A DNA stretch of 36,394 nucleotides from Candidatus Methylomirabilales bacterium. Its GTDB lineage: Bacteria; Methylomirabilota; Methylomirabilia; Methylomirabilales; CSP1-5. The DNA lies in assembly GCA_046758505.1 (NCBI GenBank), contig JBHIAH010000021.1, forward strand, positions 1 to 36,394. The letters are read 5' to 3'. How positions within the stretch are numbered: the first letter of the stretch is position 1; the number at the start of each line of letters is the position of its first letter. The notes below the pieces were generated by a model. It was given only the letters and a program-made list of their open reading frames with translations, made no database searches and was not told the DNA's origin. Positions 28,130 to 36,394 of this stretch are shown here, piece after piece. The position numbers and the translations under genes are program-made.

Positions 28130-28549
28130 CTAATTCTTGCCGGCGCAACGCGTAAAGGGGAACACTTTAGTCCAGCAGAGGAGGTCCGTGATCAGCAGGA
28201 TGATGAAGACGAGGAGTAGGGCTCCGACGATGACCCCCACGCTGCCTTCACCGGCAGCCGTTTCGTCCAGCGTGTTTGCGACCCGGGCGATCTCTTCGTC
28301 AGACAGGGCCTTCGCACGTGCAGCCGCTTCTTCCGGGTCGATGCCCAATCCCTCCATCTCGTGCCGTACGTCCTCGCGCGCGAGGAAGTTCATGACCCGC
28401 GCGCGGTCTTCGGTGGTCGCCTCTTCGCTTATTACGCGTTCGGTGGACACCATTGCCGCATGCACCACAGGGAGAGGACCGACTTCAAAGAACAGCACCA
28501 GAGCCATTGGCAGGGCGAGCATCCGACGCACCTTTCGAAAATTCATCAT
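28130..28549 (-). CDS. PA2779 family protein
   Basis: Signal peptide ending VHA, AMVSTE, LAREDV...GIDPEEAAARAKALSDEE, AGEG then hydrophobic LLITDLL tail; usual partner of PA2778. Confidence 0.9.
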   Translation of the reverse strand: MMNFRKVRRMLALPMALVLFFEVGPLPVVHAAMVSTERVISEEATTEDRARVMNFLAREDVRHEMEGLGIDPEEAAARAKALSDEEIARVANTLDETAAGEGSVGVIVGALLLVFIILLITDLLCWTKVFPFTRCAGKN

Positions 28550-28635
28550 CCGTCCCCCCAGCCGATTGTGACGACCCGGCAAAAGCCACCATGACGGTTC
28601 GCACTGAACCGTGTCCGGCGTTTGGCCGCCAGTAA

Positions 28636-28650
28636 GCAGAAGATGTGCCG
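28636..28650 (-). promoter_or_regulatory. possible sigma-54 promoter of the PA2779/PA2778 pair
   Basis: CGGCAC-ATCTT-CTGC keeps GG-N10-GC spacing but has two deviations from consensus. Confidence 0.4.
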
Positions 28651-28722
28651 TTCAACGACCTTCATAGCCGGGGTAAAATGCAAGATTCACGCCGAATTTC
28701 GGGGCAGGGGTAAGGTAGAAGC

Positions 28723-28741
28723 AAAGGGGTCAGACCCCTTT
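28723..28741. repeat. REP-like palindrome
   Basis: AAAGGGGTC-A-GACCCCTTT perfect inverted repeat just downstream of the DUF309 gene. Confidence 0.7.
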
Positions 28742-28759
28742 AAGTCCCCTAGGCGACTA

Positions 28760-29503
28760 CTATCCTGAGCCGCCCACCTGGAAGGAAGGGAGTAAGGACC
28801 AGTCAAAGTCTGGGCAGCGCCTGGGGCCCAGGCCCTCCAGGGCTTCGCGGCATTTGTCGATTTCCTCGAGGAATTTCGTGAGCTCGACGCCACGGTAGCG
28901 CGGAACATGCAGCGCCACCTTGGCCCGCCCGTTCCGGAACATGCTCATGGCGCCGCGGTAATTGTTGCGTTGCACGTGGTAGAAGGCCACGCCGAGCTGA
29001 ATGAGGCCCTGCAGAAACCGCCGCTCCGGACCCCGCCAGTCCATCCAGACTCCCTCCAGCAGCTCATGAAACTCAAAGAAGAGATGATTCCGCCACAGGA
29101 GCGCCGCTTCCCGCAGCACGCCGGGAAGCCCCTCCCGGTGTCGCCGGCGGTGCATTGCCTTGAGGAATGCCCAATACGCGGTCGCCTTCTCACACACGAG
29201 GGACAGTTCGTGGCGATACTCGGGAGCAATCGTCACCCCCTCCGCCTCGCCCCGACGGAAAAGACCCGAATCGGTCACCAGGGCCCAACCCCAGGCCTCA
29301 CCCGATCCTTCACACCAACGCACCTCCCGTTCATGGCGTCGCACGAACTCTGCCAAGCGGGAAAAGGGAACCGAGGGAGAATCGGATCCCGTGGCCACCT
29401 GGCAGTATGCGCGAAGCCAGAAGACCATGATCGACCGCTCCCGGTGCTCGATCGCCTGCATCAAGAGCTCTGCAACCCTGTCCCGAAGTGCCGATCGCAT
29501 CAC
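28760..29503 (-). CDS. DUF309 domain protein with N-terminal extension
   Basis: FFEFHELLEGVW...FLQGLIQLGVAFYH...NYRGA; start overlaps the bioD stop. Confidence 0.85.
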   Translation of the reverse strand: MMRSALRDRVAELLMQAIEHRERSIMVFWLRAYCQVATGSDSPSVPFSRLAEFVRRHEREVRWCEGSGEAWGWALVTDSGLFRRGEAEGVTIAPEYRHELSLVCEKATAYWAFLKAMHRRRHREGLPGVLREAALLWRNHLFFEFHELLEGVWMDWRGPERRFLQGLIQLGVAFYHVQRNNYRGAMSMFRNGRAKVALHVPRYRGVELTKFLEEIDKCREALEGLGPRRCPDFDWSLLPSFQVGGSG

Positions 29504-30207
29504 GCGAGGTCCAACAACTCGAGAAGGCGGTTGAGGCCAAGCGAATTCTCCACGACGGAAAGGTCATATGCAGCATCGGGAAGATACGGGAGAGACCCGA
29601 GGAACGGGGCCCGCAGCCGCGTCGTCAGGGCCCCGAGGTTCGCAATCTCGGACGGGCCCGGCGGACCCGCGGGGCTGTTCACCACCACCCCAAGGACCGG
29701 AAGCTTGAGGTGCTTGACCCAATGCCAGGTGAGCAAGGTGTGGTTGATGGTCCCTACGGCAACGCGGGCCACCACCAGGATCGGAATGTCGAGCTGCCGG
29801 ATGAGGTCGGTGGTATCGGCCGTGTCCGTGAGTGGAACGAGAACCCCGCCCGCCCCTTCGACCAGCGTCAGTTGGTGACGTGCGGCCAGATGACGGAACC
29901 GGGTGGCGATCCGATCAAGGTCGATGACAATGCCTGCCGCATCCGCGGCCACCGATGGGGCGGCCGGCATCTCCAACGCATAGGGGCAGATCTCATTCAC
30001 GGAATCACCCGTTTCGGCCCTCGCCTTGAGCTCGAGCGCATCTTGCGGCTGAAGCCGCCCATCCACTCGGGGGCACCCGGTCTCGACCGGCTTCATCACG
30101 CCCACATCAATCTGCCGGGCACGAAGGAGGGTCGCCAGAACTCCCGTGAGGAAGGTCTTTCCCACGCCCGTGTCTGTGCCGGCGATGAAGAGGCCCTTGT
30201 CCATCAT
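29500..30207 (-). CDS. bioD: dethiobiotin synthase
   Basis: GTDTGVGKT, MKPVETG, VEGAGG, GTINHTLL. Confidence 0.96.
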   Translation of the reverse strand: MMDKGLFIAGTDTGVGKTFLTGVLATLLRARQIDVGVMKPVETGCPRVDGRLQPQDALELKARAETGDSVNEICPYALEMPAAPSVAADAAGIVIDLDRIATRFRHLAARHQLTLVEGAGGVLVPLTDTADTTDLIRQLDIPILVVARVAVGTINHTLLTWHWVKHLKLPVLGVVVNSPAGPPGPSEIANLGALTTRLRAPFLGSLPYLPDAAYDLSVVENSLGLNRLLELLDLA

Positions 30208-30222
30208 TCCGCTCCGGAGCCG

Positions 30223-30264
30223 TCAGGAGTAAGCGATCAGTAGTCGGCAGTCAGCAGTCAGCAC
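30223..30264 (+). repeat. six-unit heptamer tandem array
   Basis: TCAGGAG TAAGCGA TCAGTAG TCGGCAG TCAGCAG TCAGCAC. Confidence 0.7.
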
Positions 30265-30328
30265 CGAGATTCCTGTCGGTTTTCAGCGTGAGGCCACCCA
30301 CAGCCTACGATTTGCGGAGGTTCTCGCT

Positions 30329-31126
30329 TCATATGCGCGCGCCCGCAAAGACGCGCTCCCGGTACGCCGCTCGGAGCGCCATGGTTCGGTCGAAACGGGA
30401 GCGCCCCGAAAAAATCCCGGCGATCTCCCGGATGGGGAGAACCTCCACCACTGCGTTGGAGACCATGACCTCCGCCGCCGTTTCAAGATCCGCCGTCGTG
30501 ACGGGCCGTTCCTCTGCCACCAAGCCGTGGTCTGCGGCACTCGCAAGCAGGAGACGGCGGGCAATCCCCGGTAACAGACCCGCAGAAACGGGGGGCGTCA
30601 CTAGGCGCCGCCCGTGGACCAGGAAGAGATTTGCCGTCGTCGTCTCGGTGACCTCCCCCCGCTCATTGCAAAAGAAGGCGTCATCGTACCCCTGATCCCG
30701 GGCCCATCGTCGCGCGTGGCTGTTTTCAAGATAATTGGTGGTCTTGAAGGCCAGGAGGGGAGAACCGGAGGACCGGGGAAAGGGCGCCCGCATCACGCGC
30801 ACGCCTTCCCGCGCCCGCTGATCCATGCCGGTCAGCGGGGAGGAGTGAGTGACAAACCGCGTCTCGGCAGGTCCTTCCTCTCCCCAGACCTCCAAGGTCA
30901 CCCGAAGGCGAGCCTCTCCCGCTTCCGCTATCCCCGCGAGCTCCTGTGTGACGGCCTGGACAAAGGCGGACATCGAGAAAGGGAACCGGAAAAATTCCGC
31001 GCCGCCTGCCATCCGCCGCGCATGCGCCTCGAGGAGAGGAACCGTGCGGCCTGCATACACCCGCAGGGTTTCAAAAAGCCCCTCGCCGTACAGTAGCGTC
31101 CGATTAATCCGCCCCATCTGGTTCAC
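30329..31126 (-). CDS. pabC: class IV PLP enzyme, probable 4-amino-4-deoxychorismate lyase
   Basis: YGEGLFETLR, FKTTNY (PLP Lys), ETTTANLF, LLPGIAR; directly downstream of pabB. Confidence 0.8.
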   Translation of the reverse strand: MNQMGRINRTLLYGEGLFETLRVYAGRTVPLLEAHARRMAGGAEFFRFPFSMSAFVQAVTQELAGIAEAGEARLRVTLEVWGEEGPAETRFVTHSSPLTGMDQRAREGVRVMRAPFPRSSGSPLLAFKTTNYLENSHARRWARDQGYDDAFFCNERGEVTETTTANLFLVHGRRLVTPPVSAGLLPGIARRLLLASAADHGLVAEERPVTTADLETAAEVMVSNAVVEVLPIREIAGIFSGRSRFDRTMALRAAYRERVFAGARI

Positions 31127-31141
31127 GGTTCACCGCCACGC

Positions 31142-31282
31142 GTCCAAAGTCCGACGTCCAAGGTCCAAGGCCAATTGGAGATTATCGTATCTTGGCACCG
31201 CGCACTTTAGACATCGGACTTTGGACTTCGGACATTGGACATTAAATCTCGGTGGCCAGCCTGGCGGCTGACAGCCGACTGG
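31142..31282. repeat. inverted heptamer arrays
   Basis: GTCCAAA GTCCGAC GTCCAAG GTCCAAG (31142-31169) versus TTTAGAC ATCGGAC TTTGGAC TTCGGAC ATTGGAC (31206-31240), then GGCTGAC AGCCGAC units. Confidence 0.75.
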
Positions 31283-31288
31283 TTCTCC

Positions 31289-32566
31289 CTATTGGTTGAA
31301 GCCTAACCCGGAGAGATCCTCGACGCCGATAGCCTCGAAAAAGGCGGCGGCCTTGACGAGGCACTCCCGATACTCTTCACCGGGGTCGGAATCCGCAAGA
31401 ATCGCCCCCCCGACGCCGAAGCAGGCCGTCGCCCCTGCAATCGCAAGCGTCCGAATGGCCACACTCAGGGTCATGTCACCCTCCGGCGTGAGGAGGCCGA
31501 TGGCGCCGGTGTAGACGCCTCGACGATATCCCTCCATCTCGTCAATAATTTCACAGGCCCGCTTCTTCGGCGTCCCCGTCACCGAGCCCGGGGGAAAGGC
31601 GGCCCGGAGCACATCGGTGACGCCGATCCCGGGCCTCAGATTCCCGGTGACCTCCGAGATCATCTGATAAACGGTCCGGTACCCCTCCACGCTGAAGAGG
31701 CGGGGAACGGCCACGGTCCCGGTTGCCGCGACCCTGCCGATGTCGTGGCGCATGAGGTCGACAATCATCACATTCTCCGCCCGGTCCTTGGCACTCCGGT
31801 GGAGGTCATCCCGGAGGCGCCGGTCCTCTTGTGGGGTTCTCCCCCGGGGCCGCGTCCCCTTCATCGGCTTGCTCACCACCGCGCCGTCGCACACCCGGAG
31901 GAACAGCTCCGGGGATCCGGAAAGGACAAATCGCCCCTCCCCGAGGTTGAGGAAGGCGGCGTAGGGAACCGGCTGGACGGCGCGCAGCCGGAGGTAGAGG
32001 GCCCAGGGGTTGAGCCGTCCCAGGTACAGAATCGGCTGCGTGAGATTCACCTGGTAGACATCCCCGGCGGCGATATAGGCCTGAACATGTTTGATCATCT
32101 GCAGATACGTCTCCTGGGAGCGGTGGAGTCGAATTCTCCCCGGTGGGGACCCCTCCACCGCGTTTCCGCGTCCCGCAGGCCATCGCACGGATCCCCTGCC
32201 GTACCAGCGCCGGGATAGGTGGTCATAGCAGAGGAGACCGTCGTAGACCCCCATCCAGGCATCGGGCAGGGAGAGCAGGGGAGGATTCCGATCCGGGAGT
32301 TCCTCCGTCAGGAGGCGGAGATCGTAGCCCAGATACCCCAGGCAGAAGCCCTCCTGGGTCGCCGCGTGCATCTCCTCGAAATACCGGGACCCGTGGTGCG
32401 CCCGGTCCAGAACCAGCGTCCGCCCGGGGGCGCGCGCGATAAAGGAGCTGCGTTCCCGGGCGGAGGGCTTCTGGGTCTCGAGCAGCACCGCCCCGGGCTC
32501 CTGCCAGCAGGTGGCAAAGATCTCGATGGGATCTCCGGAACGGGTGAGTGGTTCAGCGGTTCGCAT
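31289..32566 (-). CDS. pabB: aminodeoxychorismate synthase component I (chorismate-binding)
   Basis: YQVNL, SPELFL, KPMKGT, AENVMIVDLMR, FPPGSVTG, GVGGAI; ATG at 32566 overlaps the end of bioA. Confidence 0.88.
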   Translation of the reverse strand: MRTAEPLTRSGDPIEIFATCWQEPGAVLLETQKPSARERSSFIARAPGRTLVLDRAHHGSRYFEEMHAATQEGFCLGYLGYDLRLLTEELPDRNPPLLSLPDAWMGVYDGLLCYDHLSRRWYGRGSVRWPAGRGNAVEGSPPGRIRLHRSQETYLQMIKHVQAYIAAGDVYQVNLTQPILYLGRLNPWALYLRLRAVQPVPYAAFLNLGEGRFVLSGSPELFLRVCDGAVVSKPMKGTRPRGRTPQEDRRLRDDLHRSAKDRAENVMIVDLMRHDIGRVAATGTVAVPRLFSVEGYRTVYQMISEVTGNLRPGIGVTDVLRAAFPPGSVTGTPKKRACEIIDEMEGYRRGVYTGAIGLLTPEGDMTLSVAIRTLAIAGATACFGVGGAILADSDPGEEYRECLVKAAAFFEAIGVEDLSGLGFNQ

Positions 32567-33896
32567 CGCCCTCGGTGACCGTCTTGATAGCCAAGGAGAC
32601 CGCATGCAGGAGCGTGTCGATTTCCCCCTCGGTAATGGAGAGCGAAGGCATCAGGACGATGACGTCGCCGAGTGGACGGATGATGACGCCGTGCCTCCTC
32701 GCCTCACGAATCACCCGATGCCCCATTCTCCGCGCGGGGGAAAATGGCCGACGCGTGGCAACATCCTCATACAGTTCGATCCCGACCATGAGTCCGACCT
32801 GACGGATCTCTCCCACGTGCCGCAACGATCGAAGCCGGTCCAATCCTGCCGTGAGCAGAGGAATCTTGGACTGGAGCTGCTCAAGGACCCGATCCTTCTG
32901 GAAGATCTCCAGGCTCGCCAAGGCGGCGGCACAGCCCAACGGGTTTCCCGTGTACGTATGGCCATGGAAGAATGTTTTCTGCTGCTCCACCGGGCCCAGA
33001 AACGCATCAAAGATTTCTGCAGTCGTGAGGGTCGCAGCGAGGGGGAGATACCCACCGGTGAGCCCCTTGGCGACGGCGAGCAGATCCGGGAAGACCCCCT
33101 CATGCTCACAGGCAAACATTTTTCCGGTCCGGCCGAATCCGGTGGCCACCTCATCGGCGATAAAGAGGATCTCGTGGGCGCGACACAGTTCCCAGACCTC
33201 CCGGGTGAAGCCCGAAGGGTAGGCACGCATTCCTGCGGCCCCCTGGATGAGAGGCTCCATGATGAGAGCTGCGACCTCGCGACGATGGGTTTCGATGATC
33301 TGCCCCACCTTCTTGAGGGCCGGCCCCCTTTCCGCCGAGGAGTAAGGGGCAGGCAGGGGTAAGGCCTCGAACAGCAAGGGCTTATAGAGGGAATGAAAGA
33401 GATTGATCCCCCCCACACTCACGGCGCCCAGGGTATCTCCATGATAGGCCCCGGTAAAATACAGGAACGCGGTCTTTTCCCGAAACCGCTCGGCATCTTT
33501 CTGCCGCCAGTACTGAAACCCCATCTTGAGGGCGACCTCGACGGCGGTCGCCCCATTGTCGGAGTAGAACACCTTGGCGAGACCGGAGGGGACAATTTGG
33601 ACGAGCCGTTCCGCCAGCAGGATGGCGGCGGGGTGCGAGAGTCCCAGGAGGGTCGAGTGGCCGATCCGCCGAAGCTGTGCGATGATGGCCTCATCGATCT
33701 CCCGTCGTCCGTGGCCGTGGACATTGCACCAGAGGGAGGAGACCCCGTCGAGGTACCGGTGTCCGTCGAGGTCGACGAGATAGTTCCCCTCACCGCGCTC
33801 GATGATCAGCGGCTCCTCGCCAAACCACCCTTCCATCTGGGTAAAGGGGTGCCACAGATACCGATGATCCTTGGCTTGAAGCTCCCGCCGCTCCAT
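32553..33896 (-). CDS. bioA: adenosylmethionine--8-amino-7-oxononanoate transaminase
   Basis: WHPFTQM, SSLWCNVHGH, YHGDTLG, IADEVATGFGRTG, AKGLTGG, FFHGHTY, IRPLG. Confidence 0.97.
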   Translation of the reverse strand: MERRELQAKDHRYLWHPFTQMEGWFGEEPLIIERGEGNYLVDLDGHRYLDGVSSLWCNVHGHGRREIDEAIIAQLRRIGHSTLLGLSHPAAILLAERLVQIVPSGLAKVFYSDNGATAVEVALKMGFQYWRQKDAERFREKTAFLYFTGAYHGDTLGAVSVGGINLFHSLYKPLLFEALPLPAPYSSAERGPALKKVGQIIETHRREVAALIMEPLIQGAAGMRAYPSGFTREVWELCRAHEILFIADEVATGFGRTGKMFACEHEGVFPDLLAVAKGLTGGYLPLAATLTTAEIFDAFLGPVEQQKTFFHGHTYTGNPLGCAAALASLEIFQKDRVLEQLQSKIPLLTAGLDRLRSLRHVGEIRQVGLMVGIELYEDVATRRPFSPARRMGHRVIREARRHGVIIRPLGDVIVLMPSLSITEGEIDTLLHAVSLAIKTVTEGDANR

Positions 33897-33975
33897 ATTC
33901 TGCCTCTCCCATCCTGTCCCCGTACAATATCCCGCTACCCCGTGGAGGTCAAGGCAACTGGAGAGCTAAGGTAAC

Positions 33976-34005
33976 GGTCAACGTTTTCGCGCCGTTGGCT
34001 TGACA
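33976..34005. promoter_or_regulatory. putative BirA operator
   Basis: GGTCAACG-N14-GCTTGACA resembles the TGTCAACC-N14-GGTTGACA BirA box and lies 80-110 bp upstream of bioA. Confidence 0.55.
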
Positions 34006-34028
34006 CGTGCGTTCCCCCCTTGTACCTT
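34000..34028 (+). promoter_or_regulatory. putative sigma-70 promoter
   Basis: TTGACA-N17-TACCTT. Confidence 0.45.
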
Positions 34029-34132
34029 CTCCGCAGGGCGGCGTGAGGCTGGCCGGGGAGCAGCAACCCAATTTCTTGAATACAGCGGAGGCACCGGGTT
34101 GCGTCCTGAACAGAGTAACCCGCGAGAGGATA

Positions 34133-34387
34133 ATGATGGCAACAAAATGGGCTGAAATAGAAGTCAAACGATGGCTCCAGGGCCAAAAGGTAGCGACGCA
34201 GAGGGGGGAAGAACAGCGGTTTCGTTTCCTGCTTCGGCTCACGCCCGAGGAGGCGCTGCGCACCTATCTCGCCCTCCAGCAACGAATTGCCGGCTACCGC
34301 GGGGACCCCGCGGAGCCTTCCCCGCTCCTCTGGAGCATGCGTCATGCATTAAACCGTTATGTGCAAGCGAAAAGGAAACGCACATGA
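34133..34387 (+). CDS. small hypothetical protein (putative antitoxin)
   Basis: 84 aa, GAGAGGA RBS, stop overlaps the next start (ATGA). Confidence 0.7.
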   Translation: MMATKWAEIEVKRWLQGQKVATQRGEEQRFRFLLRLTPEEALRTYLALQQRIAGYRGDPAEPSPLLWSMRHALNRYVQAKRKRT

Positions 34388-34971
34388 GCGTTTTTGAAGC
34401 CACGGCGGAGGTGGCGGCTTTCCTCCAGGAGCAGGGTGTCCCTTATGCGGTTCTCGGTGGGTTGGCGGTGCAGTACTGGGGTGAGCCAAGGGCTACACGG
34501 GATGTGGATGTGGTGATTATGGTTCCGCCTGAGAAACGGGAGAACTTCTTACAGGCTGCTCTTCAACGGTTCCGCCCGCGGCTGCCCGACGCGCTTTCCT
34601 TCGCCCGCCGCCATCGTGTGCTTTTGCTCTCAACTTCCGACGGGACCCCTCTCGATCTTTCGTTGGGAGTTCCGGGCTACGAGGAGGAAGTCATGCGTCG
34701 AGCGGTCAGCGTTTCGTTTTCCGGCCTTCATCCGGTTCGTCTCATCAGCGCGGAGGACCTTATCATTCACAAGTGCGTGGCCGGTCGGGCCAGAGATGCC
34801 GAGGATGTGGAGCGAATCCTCGTACGTCAATCCCTTGCCCTCGATCTTCGCTACGTCCGTAAGTGGCTTCGGGCGTTCGCCCGGGTTGTCGAAGGCCACG
34901 ATGTCCGGGCCCTTTTCGAGAAAGCCGTCAAGAAGGCCCGCACCGTCGTTCGGAAAGGAAGCAAATCATGA
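34384..34971 (+). CDS. nucleotidyltransferase (DUF6036/AbiEii-like)
   Basis: YAVLGGLAV...EPRATRDVD Pol-beta-type motif; EDLIIHK..AGRARDAEDV. Confidence 0.82.
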   Translation: MSVFEATAEVAAFLQEQGVPYAVLGGLAVQYWGEPRATRDVDVVIMVPPEKRENFLQAALQRFRPRLPDALSFARRHRVLLLSTSDGTPLDLSLGVPGYEEEVMRRAVSVSFSGLHPVRLISAEDLIIHKCVAGRARDAEDVERILVRQSLALDLRYVRKWLRAFARVVEGHDVRALFEKAVKKARTVVRKGSKS

Positions 34972-35009
34972 CCGCAGCCTCTGCAAACTTGGTTCTGGTC
35001 CAGGCCCCC

Positions 35010-36394
35010 TCAGCCCTCAACGAAGGCATCGCGAAGCAGCTTGGATTGCCGCTCAAAGGCCTGGCGCGGGTTCCTCGGATCTTTCATCAGAGCGATCTCC
35101 TGGGTCAGGAGCCGGGCGAGATGCATGATGTAGGTTTCCCCCCTCTTTGCTTCGCGCCGATACAAAGGGTGGTCCTGGTTGATGTAGATCACGGTCCCTT
35201 CGCTGAAGGACTCGGGCCCATCCTCTCCAAAATGGTCAAGGCAACATGAAATTCCCACATGCCCCATCTTGAGCCGCCGCACGACGGCATCGGGGGTCAG
35301 GCGCTTCACGCGGGCCTTCTTTCGGGATCGTCTCCTCGGAGGCCCCGCAGCCGCGCGGGCCGGAATGCTCCGGCTGGCCCCTCGCCGACGCCCGGGATGC
35401 ACTGCGGCCCCGCCCGGCCCACCTCCCTCCTCCCCCAATGGAAGGGCTCCGAAGGGAGAAAAATCCGGGTTCCTGAGGAGCGCGCGGGCGATTCGCTCGA
35501 GGGCGTCGTTCAGCGCCCGGGAGGCGGCTCGCCGCTCTCGCTGGCCGGTCAGGCGGCCAAGCACCTGGCGGACCTCTCCCATGACCTTCTGCATCACCTG
35601 CACAAAGGCCTGATACTCCGGAGAGTCGAGAATGAATCCGGAGCGGTCGCTGGTGATCGGAAGAAAGTCGGCATGCACTTCGCCCCGGAGTCGGGCCACA
35701 ACCTTCCCCCACTCCTCCGCGCCGAACAGCTCCCGGCGGATGGTGACCTGCTTCACCTTGACCTCGATCCCCGCTCCCTCCCGGGAGCCAGCCGAGGCAG
35801 GGAGAATTACCACTTCCCCGTCTACCGGCCCAAAAGGAGTCCCCTCGAGAATCGGGAGTCGATGGCCGACCAGGCTCTTTGGACGAACCCGTGCTCCATT
35901 GACGAAGACAGCAAAATGGGGAGCCTTCAGCGGCACCCCCTCCTTCAGCCGCCGTTCCACCTCGGCGACGTCGAAGCGGCGGGTCAGATGCTGAAGCTTT
36001 ACGGTTGTCCCGTCACACCGGAACGGATCTCGAGGAAGTGTTTCCAGGGGCAGGCGCCACTCCCCTCCGGGACGTGTCCACTCCTCTTTGTCGAAGATCA
36101 CACGGGCGGCGGACTCTTCCCTCCGGGTGAGCACCTCGAAGCGCTGGCAGGCTGACAAGGTAGCGAATTTCCCAATCCCAAACTGGCCGATCCGGTCGCG
36201 GCCGAAGCGCGGCGACTTCGGGTGCTCGAGCTTCTCCTGCGAACCGATCAGGAAATACTGCCGCAGCCCGTCCAGGTCCATTCCGATGCCGTCATCTTCA
36301 ACAACGATGGCCTCCTCCCCCACGGTGACACGGACCTCGGTGGCGTCCGCATCGTAGGCGTTGTTGACCAGCTCCCGGACCAGCTCGATGCTCT
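35010..36394 (-). CDS. GHKL (HATPase_c_3, MORC-like) ATP-binding protein, 5' end outside the window
   Basis: Frame is open to the window edge: RELVNNAYDADA, DDGIGM, GQFGIGK, DGTTV, then ADFLPITSDRSGF (S5-like). Confidence 0.88.
   Translation of the reverse strand, partial: SIELVRELVNNAYDADATEVRVTVGEEAIVVEDDGIGMDLDGLRQYFLIGSQEKLEHPKSPRFGRDRIGQFGIGKFATLSACQRFEVLTRREESAARVIFDKEEWTRPGGEWRLPLETLPRDPFRCDGTTVKLQHLTRRFDVAEVERRLKEGVPLKAPHFAVFVNGARVRPKSLVGHRLPILEGTPFGPVDGEVVILPASAGSREGAGIEVKVKQVTIRRELFGAEEWGKVVARLRGEVHADFLPITSDRSGFILDSPEYQAFVQVMQKVMGEVRQVLGRLTGQRERRAASRALNDALERIARALLRNPDFSPFGALPLGEEGGGPGGAAVHPGRRRGASRSIPARAAAGPPRRRSRKKARVKRLTPDAVVRRLKMGHVGISCCLDHFGEDGPESFSEGTVIYINQDHPLYRREAKRGETYIMHLARLLTQEIALMKDPRNPRQAFERQSKLLRDAFVEG

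Noticed and set aside
30223..31282. Repeat arrays as CRISPR or DGR components
   Set aside because: Units are 7 nt, degenerate and without spacers; no cas, reverse transcriptase or TR/VR pair in the window.
34034..34130. 6S RNA or ZTP riboswitch
   Set aside because: Too short for 6S, lacks the conserved ZTP segments, and the gene context is wrong for either.

Overview
GC-rich bacterial chromosomal window with about 30 protein genes; gene content suggests a Methylomirabilota/NC10- or Deltaproteobacteria-like organism (inference only). No rRNA, tRNA, CRISPR array or intact transposase was seen. In order: (1) GAF histidine kinase and NtrC-type response regulator upstream of a sigma-54 promoter for a Rieske ferredoxin; (2) fatty-acid-hydroxylase-family di-iron membrane enzyme, LysE exporter, TetR regulator, and a three-gene dehydratase/double-ATPase activase/DUF2229 operon behind a perfect 20-bp palindrome, which together resemble a split plasmalogen synthase (PlsA/PlsR) or glycerol-ester reductase (Ger); (3) sigma-54 activator with an unrecognised sensor region, divergent from a consensus -24/-12 promoter and a membrane protein, B12 radical SAM and FAD oxidoreductase, followed by an MFS-Aas fusion; (4) GYD protein, a DapF with Ser at both catalytic Cys positions, NUDIX and ilvD; (5) a degenerate region with transposase-like scars around a DUF4258/DUF2283 pair; (6) PA2779/PA2778-type peptidase pair; (7) bioA-pabB-pabC-bioD-DUF309 with a probable BirA operator; (8) small protein plus nucleotidyltransferase pair and a truncated MORC-like GHKL ATPase. 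Degenerate 7-nt tandem repeats occur at several gene junctions. Family calls rest on motif recognition by eye, and start codons were adjusted using RBS and overlap evidence.
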